Assembly (NCBI GenBank): GCA_013265495.1
Contig: MU061538.1
Location: 746,001-810,000 of the forward strand
Origin: Vicugna vicugna
Lineage: Eukaryota
Direction: 5' to 3'
Length of the DNA stretch: 64,000 bases
Shown here piece after piece: positions 1 to 12,086 of this stretch. The notes under the pieces are model-generated. The model ran no database searches. It was given only the letters and a program-made list of their open reading frames with translations, and had not been told where the DNA came from. Numbering within the stretch: the stretch's first letter is position 1; each line of letters starts with the position of its first letter. The position numbers were made by a program, and so were the translations under genes.

Positions 1-36
1 TCAACTTCCACTCTTTCCTGACCGTTCTCGACAATC
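1..36 (-). CDS. DNAJB6: DNAJB6 exon 8 (partial, truncated by window edge): (R)IVENGQERVEV
   Basis: Acceptor ...tttatcccccag|G ATT GTC GAG AAC GGT CAG GAA AGA GTG GAA GTT GA; phase 2 matches exon 7 ending AG. Confidence 0.95.
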   Translation of the reverse strand, partial: DCRERSGKSGS

Positions 37-540
37 CTGGGGGATAAACAGCATTTTAAAACCTTTTTGTTAAGTATGTACATGAACACAAACGCATGTT
101 TTAAGAAACTGCCACAGAGACACATGAAATCCCTCCTCTGTGGCCGAAAAACACAGCTGGAGACAAGCTAACTCGCGACCAGTGTGTCTTCGCGGGGTTT
201 ATTCCGACAGACGGAGCTCGTCTCAAACACCGCACCGCGGAGCACCGAGCCGGGGACAGACACTGTCTCACAACGGCCAGTTTCACTGCGAACGGCCTCC
301 CTCTCAGCACGCCGCCAGGGCTGCCAGCACCCACTACACGCTGACGATGGCTCCAAACAAAGGCGACGTCTAACAGTCAGCACTCAGCCAAAGCTTAGAA
401 GGAAGAGCTCGAAACCGAAGACCAAGAATCCCGTGGTGCCAGGCTCCCCGTACCACCTGCGCCCCCCACGCTGCAGCGTGCGAGCAAAGCGCGCCACCAG
501 GGAAGCACGCCGCCTGCCGATGAGAGCCACCGCCACGTAC

Positions 541-682
541 CTCTTGGTGGTGATTTTCCTGCCGTTGACCATCTTGGTAGACGTTGACACAGATTTGTAG
601 TTGCCCATTCCACCACCACCAAACGCCGTGGAAGAGAAAGACGTGATGCCTCCGTGGCCTAGCGAGCCGAAGGACGTGAATC
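541..682 (-). CDS. DNAJB6: DNAJB6 exon 7 (142 nt): S/T-rich region and start of C-terminal domain, [48 protein letters not shown]
   Basis: Acceptor ttttccttcag|GA at 683/682, donor AG|gtacgt at 541/540; peptide visible inside ORF 384..1004. Confidence 0.97.
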
Positions 683-2103
683 CTGAAGGAAAACAGGAAA
701 GAAAGGACATCAGAACCAACACGCCTGGTGCTGACTTAGCACAAAACTGGCCGCTCTTCAGCTTTTCATCAGAGCCACGGCGCGGGAGGAAAGACGTGCT
801 CTCCTCTGCATCGGGGGAGCAGGAGGAGAGCCGGCCGCCCCTCCTCTGCACAGGGCCCTGCGGCCTCACCGGCACCTCACCCTGCGGATGGGGACAGCCT
901 GGTGCGCACGTCTCAGGAGCGCAGCGGACTTCTGCCACAGTCTGGCAAGCCCAACTCGTTTGTGACCCCCCACTGCAATGTGCCCGCAGGGGATGAGAGT
1001 CCATTATTACAAAGCTAAGGCCACCTTATGAAGGGGGCTGCAAATGCCCCGGAAGAGCACAGATCCAGAGCTCACGGACTAATGCCCAACACAGCGTGTC
1101 CCCTACACACACTACAAAGTCCTGACTTCCACGTGTCACACTGACGCAACCTGAGGCCGGTCTGCTTGTTACGAGCTCACTCCCTGTCCCGCTCCCAAAC
1201 GTGCCCATGAAAGCAGCCACCCGGTAACTCCTTGGCGTGACCCTTCACAGGGCTCGTTAAAGGTAAGGACTGCAGCCCCACAGCCCTCACGCCAGCCGCA
1301 CGTCTCTTAACTGAAGCACTACTGCACTGATACTTTTAACCAGCTTTCTCTTGTTCTCCAGCTTCAGCATATTACCTGGCGCCTGACGAAAGAATCTCTT
1401 AAGAAAGTTACCCCTACAACTGCCCTTTGTCAAGTCTGACCACAGGTCACTTCCTCAGCGCCGTCCTGAAGGGACAAGCACCGGGAGCCGTGACACGTGG
1501 GGCAGCCGGCCAGTAAGCACTGCCATTCAAGACCAGAACAGACGGCAAGCGGCTCCCGTGAAGAGGAACTGGAGAGCGTGGAGGACGAGCTACGAGCCCC
1601 ACCCTGCAGGGGAGACCCGGGGCTCCACCTGCCGGTGCACCTGGCACCCAACTCAGCACCAGCCGCCTTCGCCGACAGCCACAAGTGACCGCACCTCCCA
1701 GGGAATCGGTGTGGCTCTGGCCACACACGGACCTTATGAAGCCCCACCTTCTGACCCCGCCAACCTGGACTCGTCCAGGATACGAGAGCTGGTTTTTTGA
1801 TTTTTCAGTGAGGAGGTTAGATACAAAAAGATATAGTGAGACTGTCTAGTAGGCAATTTCACATTTGCCCAAAGCCACAGGATTCATTACATGTTGGCTT
1901 CAACAGTTAAGAGCAGAAGTGGGTTCTGCAGTGTAACTTCTTGGGAAGAAAAGGGGTAAGAGCCAGGTCACTAAGCACAGCTCTGTGCACATCCACAGAG
2001 CTGTCCTAGCAAAAAGCGTCCACACGCTTCAGACTGCCCTAAATACGAGAACGCTGCGCTATGTCTGCTCAGACACTGGAGACTGAGCCCGAGGGATTCG
2101 TAC

Positions 2104-2235
2104 CTGTATCAAAAGAAGGAAATCCCCCTCCAAAGGCAGGAAATCCACTGAAAGCGGAGAACAACGACCCTGCGCCTCGGTTCCGGCTCCTACGGGTGCC
2201 CCTCTGATTCCCAAAGAGGTCCTCAAATGGGTCTT
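2104..2235 (-). CDS. DNAJB6: DNAJB6 exon 6 (132 nt): [44 protein letters not shown]
   Basis: Acceptor gtttgttttcag|AA, donor ACAG|gtacga; phase 1-1; peptide in ORF 2069..2305. Confidence 0.97.
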
Positions 2236-4329
2236 CTGAAAACAAACAGAAGTGCTCTGTGAAGCCTTTATCCAAGTCTGTTTTCTCACGGGAGAGCTGC
2301 AACACGGGGAAGCGGGTTAGCGCCTCGTATCACGGTCCCATCAGGAACGACGGCCGACCCCCGAGGTCCAGCAACACAGCTCGCGGACAGCAGCTGACGT
2401 CCATCCAACCGGCGTTTCACGTACCTGTTCAATGCAACTAAAGCTAGACCACAATGCGGACTGATTTAAATCAAAAAAAAACACAAGGTACATACATGTG
2501 TAAAACTCCGCACCACTAATACACAGACTCGGACAGAGAGCTGCTTTGATACGGATTTTCCCTGAACGTTCTGGCAGACACTGTCCCAGCAGATGCCACT
2601 TAAGAGGTCAGGATGGTTTCACAGCTAAGTCGTTGTACTGCACGGAGTCTGGGCTGCTCCAAAATAATTCAGGAATAAAAAAAAAAGGATTCCCCTCACA
2701 TATTTACTTGTGACACAGAGAATGTTGCAGCAAGTGAGGCAAAATTTAACGGCTGTCATGCTGTACCACGTGGGTGTTCAAGAATCCCTTTCACTTTTCT
2801 GTAAGCTTGATGTCTCCAAAAACTTTTAGAAAACGTTAGCTAAAGTCAGATTTGGCTAAAGGTCAATCGGCAGACATTACATTGTTCTTTGATAGAAAAC
2901 CAACACAACAGGCATTATACAGCTACCAAAGCTGCCACGATGCCCCTGGAAATAAAAACAAAATTAGCCTCGACACTTTAGGGATTGGGGAGGGGGATCA
3001 ATGAACACTTACTGAAAACATGAACTATATAAACTTCGTAAAACATTAGCTGAGGGTCTGTTTTTTATATTTATCAGTGCTGTATTTTTTTGAGGATATG
3101 GGAGTCCTTTCAGAAATAAAAACAAGGACCCCTGATGGATGGACAGCAATGCACGAAGGGAAAGAGAAAAGCAACCTAGGACACAGAAACTATCAACTCG
3201 TACGGCATATCCTTAAGACAAGGCAGGAGTGACCACAGCAGGGAATTAATACATTTGAGAAGCGGAACAAAATTAAAGTAAACAGAACAGCACACAGGGA
3301 GCATGAAACCAAGTAGAAACTGAGATCCACGGTGCGCTTATGTTTCCAGACAACATGGCCGGAGCAACGTGCCACCCGCAGCGGAACTCGGGCAGCGGTC
3401 TGGGAGGATGAGCCCCAGGACAGGGCACCTGTTCCCCGAGACCTGGTGACGACGCAGGGGGAGGTGAGGCCAGGGCGGCCCCAGGAAAGCACGGGATGGT
3501 GGCGGGGGAAGAGGAGGCAGAAACAAGGCCTCTCAGAAACAAGAGAGCCACTCAGAGCGCAGGGAAATGGGCCTGGAGAAGAAACATTCAGAAAAACCGG
3601 TCACCGCCAGCTTGCTGAGGGACCCAAAAGAACCAAGCGCTAGCGGAAGGACAGCGCAATCCCAGCAGCCCTGGGGCGGTTCGGGAGTCCTAGCCAGAGG
3701 CAGGCGACAGCTGCTCCTGCTCACAAATTAGCCCCCAGATTGTGCTAATTTTACCCAACACATTTTGGGAATTTCTACAAAGCATCATCCTGTTCAAATA
3801 AAATCCAAGCGTTCTCTAAGGCACCTCATCCCTTACTGTCACGGCAGCGCCGAACTCAGACCCAACACCCCTGCATCATGACCCCCCCTTCCCCGTTAAG
3901 AGAAACTTTACAAACTCAGTTGAAACTCACAGTGAAGTAATTTTCTCTCTCACTCCCAAGTGACCATTAGAAAGCATTCACACGGCCAGCTCCAGGCTCT
4001 TGCTCCCCACCCCGCGTTCCTGAGCCCGGCGCTCTTCCGTGCACTGAGAGACTTCATCTACGTCGGCGCACTGCAGCCTTCCACAATGCGCCTTTTATCA
4101 CAGCTATCACGTTAGTTACTGTTTCTTAAGCTTCGTACACAGCAGCGAAACCTTCCAAGGTTGCTCGTGAGGCTTTTGAGGGTACCTGAAGCCAGTGTCC
4201 GCTGACACCAGTACCGAATAAATGGTTTTAGTTTGTTTACGCCGAGCTGATTAAGACTTCCCCAATTACAAACCACCTTCTTCAGAAGCCACTTCAGAGA
4301 AGGCAGCTGAGTAGTAAGGATGGACAGAT

Positions 4330-4705
4330 TGTGTCATCCTCAAGGGCAGCACGGTGCCCTGCCATCAGTGTGTCTCAAAGTGCTTCTGGGTGAGTGAGTG
4401 GACTGAGCAGAGCAGGCTGGCCTCCCCAGTGTGGGAGGGACCCGCCCAATCGGCTGCGGGGCTGAACAGAGCAGAAGGCTGACCCTCCCCTGAACACCTG
4501 CGGATTCTCCTGCCTGTCCTGTGGGCTTCCAACCTGCAGCGCAGCTGCCTCGGCCTCTGGGCTCAAACTGGGACATCAGCTCTGCAAATGTGGAAGCTGT
4601 CCGTCTCCAGTCAAGTGACCAATTACTTAAACACTGAACTTCCTTAGATAGATTTCCTAACTTCCTGTTGGCTCTGTCTCTCTGGAGAACCTAGCACAGA
4701 ACTCA
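4330..4705 (+). mobile_element. MLT2-like (ERVL) LTR remnant
   Basis: 3' end ...cttcctgttggctctgtctctctggagaacctagcacagaac resembles the recalled MLT2 terminus (ctattggttctgtttctctggagaaccctgactaataca); boundaries approximate. Confidence 0.55.
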
Positions 4706-5428
4706 CAGGTTTCTAGAAACTGGTCATTTCACAAGTTCTTTCGTCAGGTCTGTACCCCGTAACAAGACGGTGCGTCCTGGGCCACCAACGTCACAGGAAA
4801 CAGGCATCGGCCTGCAAATGAGCCCTGTCCTTTCAGCGCCCTGGGTGTCCTGTATCAAACTCGCCCTCAACTTTATACCCGCCTGCTCCTCTGAGATATT
4901 ACACCAAGTCCAAGAAGATGACATCCGCAAAGCACTCAACTGACCGACGATCCAAGTGACAATGTCACATTTACGGCAAAAAAGTACACTGAACTGAACG
5001 CTGTGGGAAAAAACCGAGCGCAAAACGTGACAAACGTTCACATGCACACGTGTTAAAAGACTTGAGGAAAAACCAAGTCAAACAAATGTTTAAAGCCATC
5101 CACTTCCTTGAATTTTACCGAAATTCAGTATCTGACAGACTAACCACACAGCAACAAACAGACATCAGCTCAAGTCCAATGCTCTACGCCCGTCTGAAGG
5201 GCACCGAGCAAGGCTCAACGCCAAGGTGATGGCCAGTCCTGCCCTCGTCCTGAAGGAAGACGTTCCAGTGAACGCGAAACCCAAGCAATGAGAGGCCAGA
5301 ACCAATGACCCAAGGTGCCAGCCAGCCCCCTCCTCAGGGCCTCCCACACCGACTGCCCAGGCACCCGGGAAAACTGGACAAGACACAAGCTCTAAACACA
5401 TCACGGACTTGTCGAACAAAGGAAAAGT

Positions 5429-5499
5429 CCTCACAGTGCACCACAGGCGTACCCAGAGCGACCCTCACAGCGCACCACAGGCACGACCAGAGCGACCCT
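5429..5499. repeat. Two-copy 34-bp tandem duplication
   Basis: CCTCACAGTGCACCACAGGCGTACCCAGAGCGAC followed directly by CCTCACAGCGCACCACAGGCACGACCAGAGCGAC. Confidence 0.85.
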
Positions 5500-7034
5500 T
5501 AGGGAAGAGAGAACACGTGAGATTCGAAGGCCGGGGGCAAACAGACCTCAGGGAGGCGATCTCCCAGCTACCCAACACTTCTTCAGGACGAACCAGATTT
5601 TTAAAGCATTATTTCTTATATTTTATTTGAAAGGATCTGAAATAAACAAAAATGGGAGCAAACTAAAAACACAGCCATGATGGTGTTAGGCTGAACGGGC
5701 CCCTGGGGAGCACGGGGTCGGGAGCACACGCTCCACTGCGGCGCCTGGCAGCACACAGTAAGCACGTAGTAAATACCCGCCGAACACATCACCACACGTT
5801 CAACTTTCCATACAATTGTCTTCTTACAAAATGTAACTTCCAATCACATCACAGGTCTGTTTGGGACAATATTTTCTAAGGGCTGCAAAAACCCATCCAA
5901 GTCAAGAACCAAAATACAGACACTGCATCCAAATCATCCATCTCAGACACCAAGGGCCCAGGTTCCTCGAGAACCTCGCCCCCTCAGAGAAGGACCCTAC
6001 AGGTAACAGCGTGTCTTGCCTGGTAGGCTCCCTCTGCCCAACACCAACCAGCCAGAGACACTTTCTCCCTTGCCTCCGCCCTATGACTCCCGCACACCCT
6101 GCGCTGTGCCTGTTTTAATTCCCCAAGTGGGAGGAGGCCGGCCAGAACATGACTCTGCCTCACCCTCCACCTGCGGTCGCAGAACATCTCCAACCGCCCT
6201 CAGCCACAGGGACCACAATTCCACGAGAAAGAGATCACGAGCAGACCCTGCAAGGCACTCAGGAAACCCTGACCCACGTGGCCCTGCAAACTGCGTCACA
6301 AGCCTCCAAATCACAGCACAGGGAGGGCTCTGCTGCCAGCACGGTGTGGCTGAAGACACCTGCAGACCTCACTGCAGGGGGCACACCCGCGGGGAGGCGC
6401 ACTCCAGCTCTCACCAGAAAGACCTTGTCAAGAAACCCATTCCTCTCCCTTACTGGGAGCAGGGGTGATCAGCAGAACACAAAGTACACAGAAAAGCTGA
6501 ATATCGCCAGAACATCCCCCCACGTTTGCCAGCAGATGAAAAAGTCTTATGTGAAAATGAACTGTTTTCAAATACCAGCTCCACATTCCAACAGGAAGCT
6601 CTCCAGGCGCAGAGAGCATCCTTCCTGCCCCCACGCCCACCACACCGGGGCACCACCCACCAGGCGGAGGAGCGGGGCGTCGGAGCTGCCTGCTCCAGGA
6701 CCTGGCACTGAACGGGGGCCTGCAGTTGTTTCACAGCTGCGTGAAAAGTGCTTTCAACTACCTTAGCTGGACACCTGACACGTTTTCATGTAGATCTGAA
6801 GTCTTACTCCTTGCTTCTCTCAAATGAGCCGCGAGCAAGTCAGTCTGAGCCAGAGTAAGGCGGGTACCCCGGCCCCGCGCCGTGTCAGCCCCGCAGGAGA
6901 GCTGTGAGCTCGCTCTGCACAGCACCGCACTGCACCGTACCTGACTTCTACTCCCAGTGCATCTGACTTCAGAGGTGTCCCCTTCTTTCCCCTTCAAAAT
7001 CTGCTGCTTCTAAACTGTATAGACAGCTCCATAC

Positions 7035-7390
7035 ATTGGAGGGTGAATTTGGGCCCCCACCAAACGGAGTGAAATTCACCACCCCAGGGCCAGCGAACGC
7101 AACCCTATGTGGGAAACGGGGGTTCTGCAGACCACAGGGTCAGGATGAGCTCATTCGGGTGGACCCTGACCCCACACCCCTAGGTGTCCTGATCAACAGG
7201 AAATGTGGGCAGAGGCAAGACGTGGAAAGAGGGCATGAGGCGAAGACACAGAACGATGACACCTGCAGGCCAAGGACCATCCGAGGCCACCAAAGGCCGG
7301 GGAGAGGCCTGGAAGAGGGACGCAGCCCTGCCCACACCCTCATCTCACACCTCCATCCTCCAGCACTGGCGTCTCCACCACTCAGTATGG
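7035..7390 (+). mobile_element. MLT1-like (MaLR) LTR remnant
   Basis: Degenerate MLT1 hallmarks: gtgaatttgggccccc...aaccctatgtgggaaacgggggttctgcaga...ggtgtcctgatcaacagg...gcctggaagagggacgcagccctgcccacaccctcatctcacacctccatcctccag; boundaries approximate. Confidence 0.6.
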
Positions 7391-7567
7391 GGAGCTTCCC
7401 GGGTAGCCCCAGGACACTGACACAGGCAAAGACACTGTTTCCAGGGTCTTCAAAGTTCAGGGTGGCCTGTAGGACAGCTGGCTGGATGCTCCTGGGGCCC
7501 TCCTCTGCTGTTTCTTCAGTCATCCCCAAAACAGCTGCTGGAATTGGCCACGGACGACATCAAGGCA

Positions 7568-7932
7568 CTAGCAGCAGAACTTTTTATTCCAGGTACACTG
7601 AGCAGGCAGGCCAGCCTCCTCTCGGGACACTCGCGGGTACACGAGCAGGGCCTCGAGCTCAGGCCCACTGTCTTCGCTCAGCGGCCCCTCACACTCCTCG
7701 ATGATCTCCTCCAGGTCCCCCAGACTCGCCCCACCCTCACTGGACAGGGACTCCAGGTCCTCCCTGGGGGGCCTGCCCAGGCCCCAGCCCCCGTCCTCAC
7801 TGGGCTCGTCTTCGCTAAAGAGATCGAGCTCCTCGCTGGACACCACGTCCAGAACCTCACTGTCCTCACTCCAGCTGTCTTCCACCGCCTCCTCTTCAGG
7901 CTCCCACTCCTCGCTGGCCACCTCCTCGGACC
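7568..7932 (-). CDS. Candidate alternative terminal exon of DNAJB6 in intron 5, encoding a ~121-aa acidic C-terminal tail
   Basis: Acceptor tcgctttgctcccccag|GG TCC GAG GAG GTG is in phase with exon 5 (ends in G, phase 1); 365 nt open to TAG at 7570-7568; about 38 D/E in ~121 aa; no Met; AATAAA at 7588-7583. Predicted only, no transcript evidence. Confidence 0.6.
7583..7588 (-). terminator. Candidate polyadenylation signal (AATAAA) of the intron-5 terminal exon
   Basis: Plus-strand TTTATT at 7583-7588; minus strand continues AAGTTCTGCTGCTAG then GT-rich TGCCTTGATGTCGTCCGTGG...CTGTTTTGGGG. Confidence 0.5.
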
Positions 7933-10599
7933 CTGGGGGAGCAAAGCGACTGACTCACTACCCCTGCTTGCAGAGGGCAGAGCAGAGGCCGCCCCTCCAC
8001 ACCCCACCTGCCTCGTCTGCACGCCCAGCACTCCCTCTGCTGAGCGCAATGACTGTCCGCCACCGAGACCACTGCCGGGGGGGGGGGCGCTGAAGTGAGC
8101 ACGCTCTCTGGAAGCAGTTTCCGGCTGCAGAGCGTGGTTTGGGCTTTCGAACGTGAAGGCACAAGCCAATAAGCATGTCTTCCCAGCAGCACTTCCTGCC
8201 CTGACTCGCTGCTCTCCTGCCTTAGAACACGTTACAGAGCAGCGGAGTCCTTCACTAATAACGAGATCACCCTGATTCGAATTACGGTAATCCCTACTCA
8301 TTTGCTTCTCCAATTTACATTCTCACAAGGGCTAGTTTTTGTGTGCTCCATATTTGGGGAAGAATTTAAACAAAGTCGGCTAGCCTTGAAAGTCTGGCCC
8401 GCACCCCTCCGTCTCAGAGCCAGTGCTCAGGGCAAGTTCAGAATCAGCCTCCACTACCTCCCCACCCCCGGAGGAGGGCTCCCACCAGCAGGACCCCAGG
8501 TCCACATCCTCTCTTCACAACGTGACGTTTCTCAGAGCTTGGTCCCCAGGCACAGAATTGCTTGCAGCCTGTCCAACGCCCCTCATACCTTCACTCTCCC
8601 CACCAGCTTGCTGGCTCTTCTCATTTCCTTCCCTTTTATTTGGGGAGTCTGAAGTCAGACATGGCATTTTATATTCTGACAAATGCACAATCAAGCTCAA
8701 AATGTCTTTTAACAGATTTCAAGCTATTTTTCTTGGTTTTTTGGTAAACCAAACAGGAGAGGGGGAAAAGTGGGTCATGTCAAAAGTGAAGATGAAAAGA
8801 CCACGCACTACTATGAATGGACATGGCAACAGTGCTGAGGGAGCAGGATCTGGAAGCTGATAAACACGAACCCAATCACCACCAAAGCAGAACCCCCAGC
8901 CCTATGCCCACGGATCTGCCCTGGACGTACCGCCAGCGCACTGCACCGTGAACTCAGACACGCAGTAGCCGTGGACCAGCTTCTCCTCCTGTGTGTAAAT
9001 CCTGAGAGCCTGAAAATGGAAGGCACCTAGAACACCTAGAACGGATGAAGACGGAATCACTGCCACACCGCCTGTGGGCACCACAGGGAAATGTCTGCTG
9101 TTAAAACCTCAAGCGCCCCAGGATGGAAGGCAGAGGCTGGAGAGCCCTGAGTTACGGGAAGGCTGGGCACCTCCTAAACTCGGCTCTGAGTCCAACAGAA
9201 GGCACTTCTGCGAGCGGGCCACAGCGGCAACCTCTCGCGCTTCTCTGTGAAATGCACGTGCCCGCCAGTGCTTCGTGTTCACAGTGCTCCGTCTAGGAGA
9301 CGTTGAGCCAGCACGTTTAACAGCTGACAGTGGGTAATGGTTACTTACTCACCCACCCTTACTCTAGAAAGAGCTGCTCAAGGAAAGCCACTTGTAATGA
9401 GAAAGCCTGGCCTGTCTGATCTGTTCCCAGGAAAACGAATCTGGCCACCATTCAGGTACTAAAGGACTCGCCCTCACTGTTCTTTCTTTTGAAAGGAAAC
9501 TAAGTGCTCAAGCAACATGAGAGAGGCCCGGCCTCGGCAGGGCCCCCGCCTCATGAGCCTCCACCTGCAGCTGGAGGTCCAGAGAACAGAGACGGGGCCC
9601 AGGAGATGCGGGCTACCAAACACAGGCCTCACCCAACACTGCCTGCTCCCCAGACCAACGCTCTAGGGTGTGCCTCAGACTGTGATGAAACACAAAGGTA
9701 ATTTTAAGACAGGAAAGAGAATTAGAATCCTCTGCTTTTCCTACAGTAAGATTTCTTACGTCCCTGAAGGACAACTGATAAAGGACATGTGCTACTGCCT
9801 GTATTCACAGGGATCCTTCCCAACACGCGCCTGTCTGCGGTAGCCGTGTAATTACAGCAGAAAGTCTTCCAAACCCTTTCATGGTCTCCTCCCACAATCA
9901 GCTCCTGTTGTCACATGTCAGTGAAAAAGTACATACATTAACACACACACACCACTCCCTCCATAAGCTCCCTTCTTAAAAAGTCACACCACACCACAGA
10001 AAAAACGAAGGACGGTCTCCGAACCCCCGTCTGAAATAAACCGAGGGGTGCACCATTTAAAAGGCCCAACACCTACCAGACACGGCGGTGAGGATCCCTC
10101 CTTGCGCCCGCGATGGGCAAGGCCCACCGTCTCCCTGTGGGACTGTGCACAGAGCTGTGCTTCGTGTCTCCCTCCGGAGGGGCCACAGATGCTGTTCAGT
10201 CTTCTCAACCAGCCTCCCGGGAACCAAGGGGCAAACACAGGATGTGTTTCCCCTCAATGAGCCGAAAGACAACAGTGGCCACAGCAGCGCAGTGAGCCCA
10301 ACCTCCCAAGTCACCCAGCACACCGGACAGTCCCTGCAGCGGAGGAGCAGCTCCAGCAGACACCACCGTGGGCTCGCAACACTGCCCACGTCCAGGACTC
10401 ACAGGACAACCCAAGTCGGGCACGGGGGCCAGACGTGCTGCTGCTGAGAGACCCTCTCCTATGACGAGGCAGCAGCTAGAGCGGCAGGGTCTCCGTGAGC
10501 ATGACTGTCCCTCCAAGATGGGAACCGGCGACGCCTCATCCCAGAGACGCCCCTTCTTCCCGGAAAGTGTGACCTCGACAGTCACAACACAGCACAATC

Positions 10600-10715
10600 A
10601 GAAAAGCACGCACAAGAGGAATATGGACACAAACATACGTCTGTATTGCACGACTGAAACATTATCCTGTGCACCAGAAACTGACACATAGTATACTTCA
10701 ATTAAAAAAAAAAAA
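10600..10715 (+). mobile_element. Short 5'-truncated L1 3' tail (lineage-specific type)
   Basis: gactgaaacattatcctgtgcaccagaaactgacaca...tatacttcaatt plus poly(A); same tail type as 38430, 39700 and 60230. Confidence 0.65.
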
Positions 10716-11012
10716 GCACGCACACAGATCAAATTTCTCAAAGTCATCTGCTATGATGCACAGTGTCTACTCAGGGTGTGACAGGGCAAATTCACATAGA
10801 ATTCACTGTTCAGTCAGAAACAGCACTTTTGGGCCCTCAGTGTCCACAACCTTATCACTGCCTAATCACAGTGGCAAAAGAAGTTAATTAGAATCAAAAA
10901 CAGCAAATGAATACATTACAGCCTTTATTATGCTCATGTGCAAGGCTTAAATTTAAAGCATTTTTCCAAAGGGAGAAGAAAAAGAGGTTTGGTTAAACCC
11001 CTGCACTGCTCA

Positions 11013-11252
<240 letters not shown>

Positions 11253-11945
11253 TCAGCTTTTGGACTCCCGAGCTTAGCAGGCAATTACTTGTCTACAGAA
11301 CACTGTATAAATCGTGACCTAAAAAAGGAAGTATTTCATAACCCCGAGGCTCCCTCAGGCCCTGCCTCGATCAAAAGGACCTGTGCCTGGAGTTGGCGAA
11401 ACCGCTGGACTTCAGCGCTCCTGAGATGCCTGCACACAGGGCCCACCACCTCTACATCTGTGATTACACTACTTGCATTTCCGTTGTGAAACGTCCTGGA
11501 AACCAAGCACATAAACATTCACTCACACGACGTGTGTGCGGCTGGCTGCAGCGTTCACGCCCAATGCCCACCTTGGAGCCGACAGGACAGTGGTCACTGT
11601 GGGAACTTTTCATCAAAAACACACACATCCAGGCCTCACCACCAGAGGCAGTTCCTCTGGTAATTTTCCAAAAGAATCTGTTTTTCAAAACCTAAACATA
11701 TTTTGACAAAATATCAGGTACTGACCTATGGGTACAAACTCACAGTAAGGTTTTAGATTACTTCATAGAACATTAAATATACTCTCTAGCCTAATAAAAA
11801 TTTTTATTAGACTTTTCCAATGCTATCAATTTCTCCTTCCTCTCCCCAATTCAGTCCACTCTCCAGGCTGCAAGTATACTATTTACTGAAACACAACTGT
11901 CCAGGGGAGTAACAAACTGAAGCCCTTGTGAGACTCGGGTCATCA

Positions 11946-12086
<141 letters not shown>

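Noticed and set aside
384..1004. 206-aa ORF as a standalone gene
   Set aside because: Only 541-682 is DNAJB6 exon 7; the flanks are intron that happens to be open.
7036..8313. Overlapping long ORFs (222, 184, 130 aa on plus; 211 aa on minus)
   Set aside because: They are shadow frames of the acidic ORF or of MLT1/GC-rich DNA; only the 7568-7932 frame has a phase-matched acceptor and a poly(A) signal.
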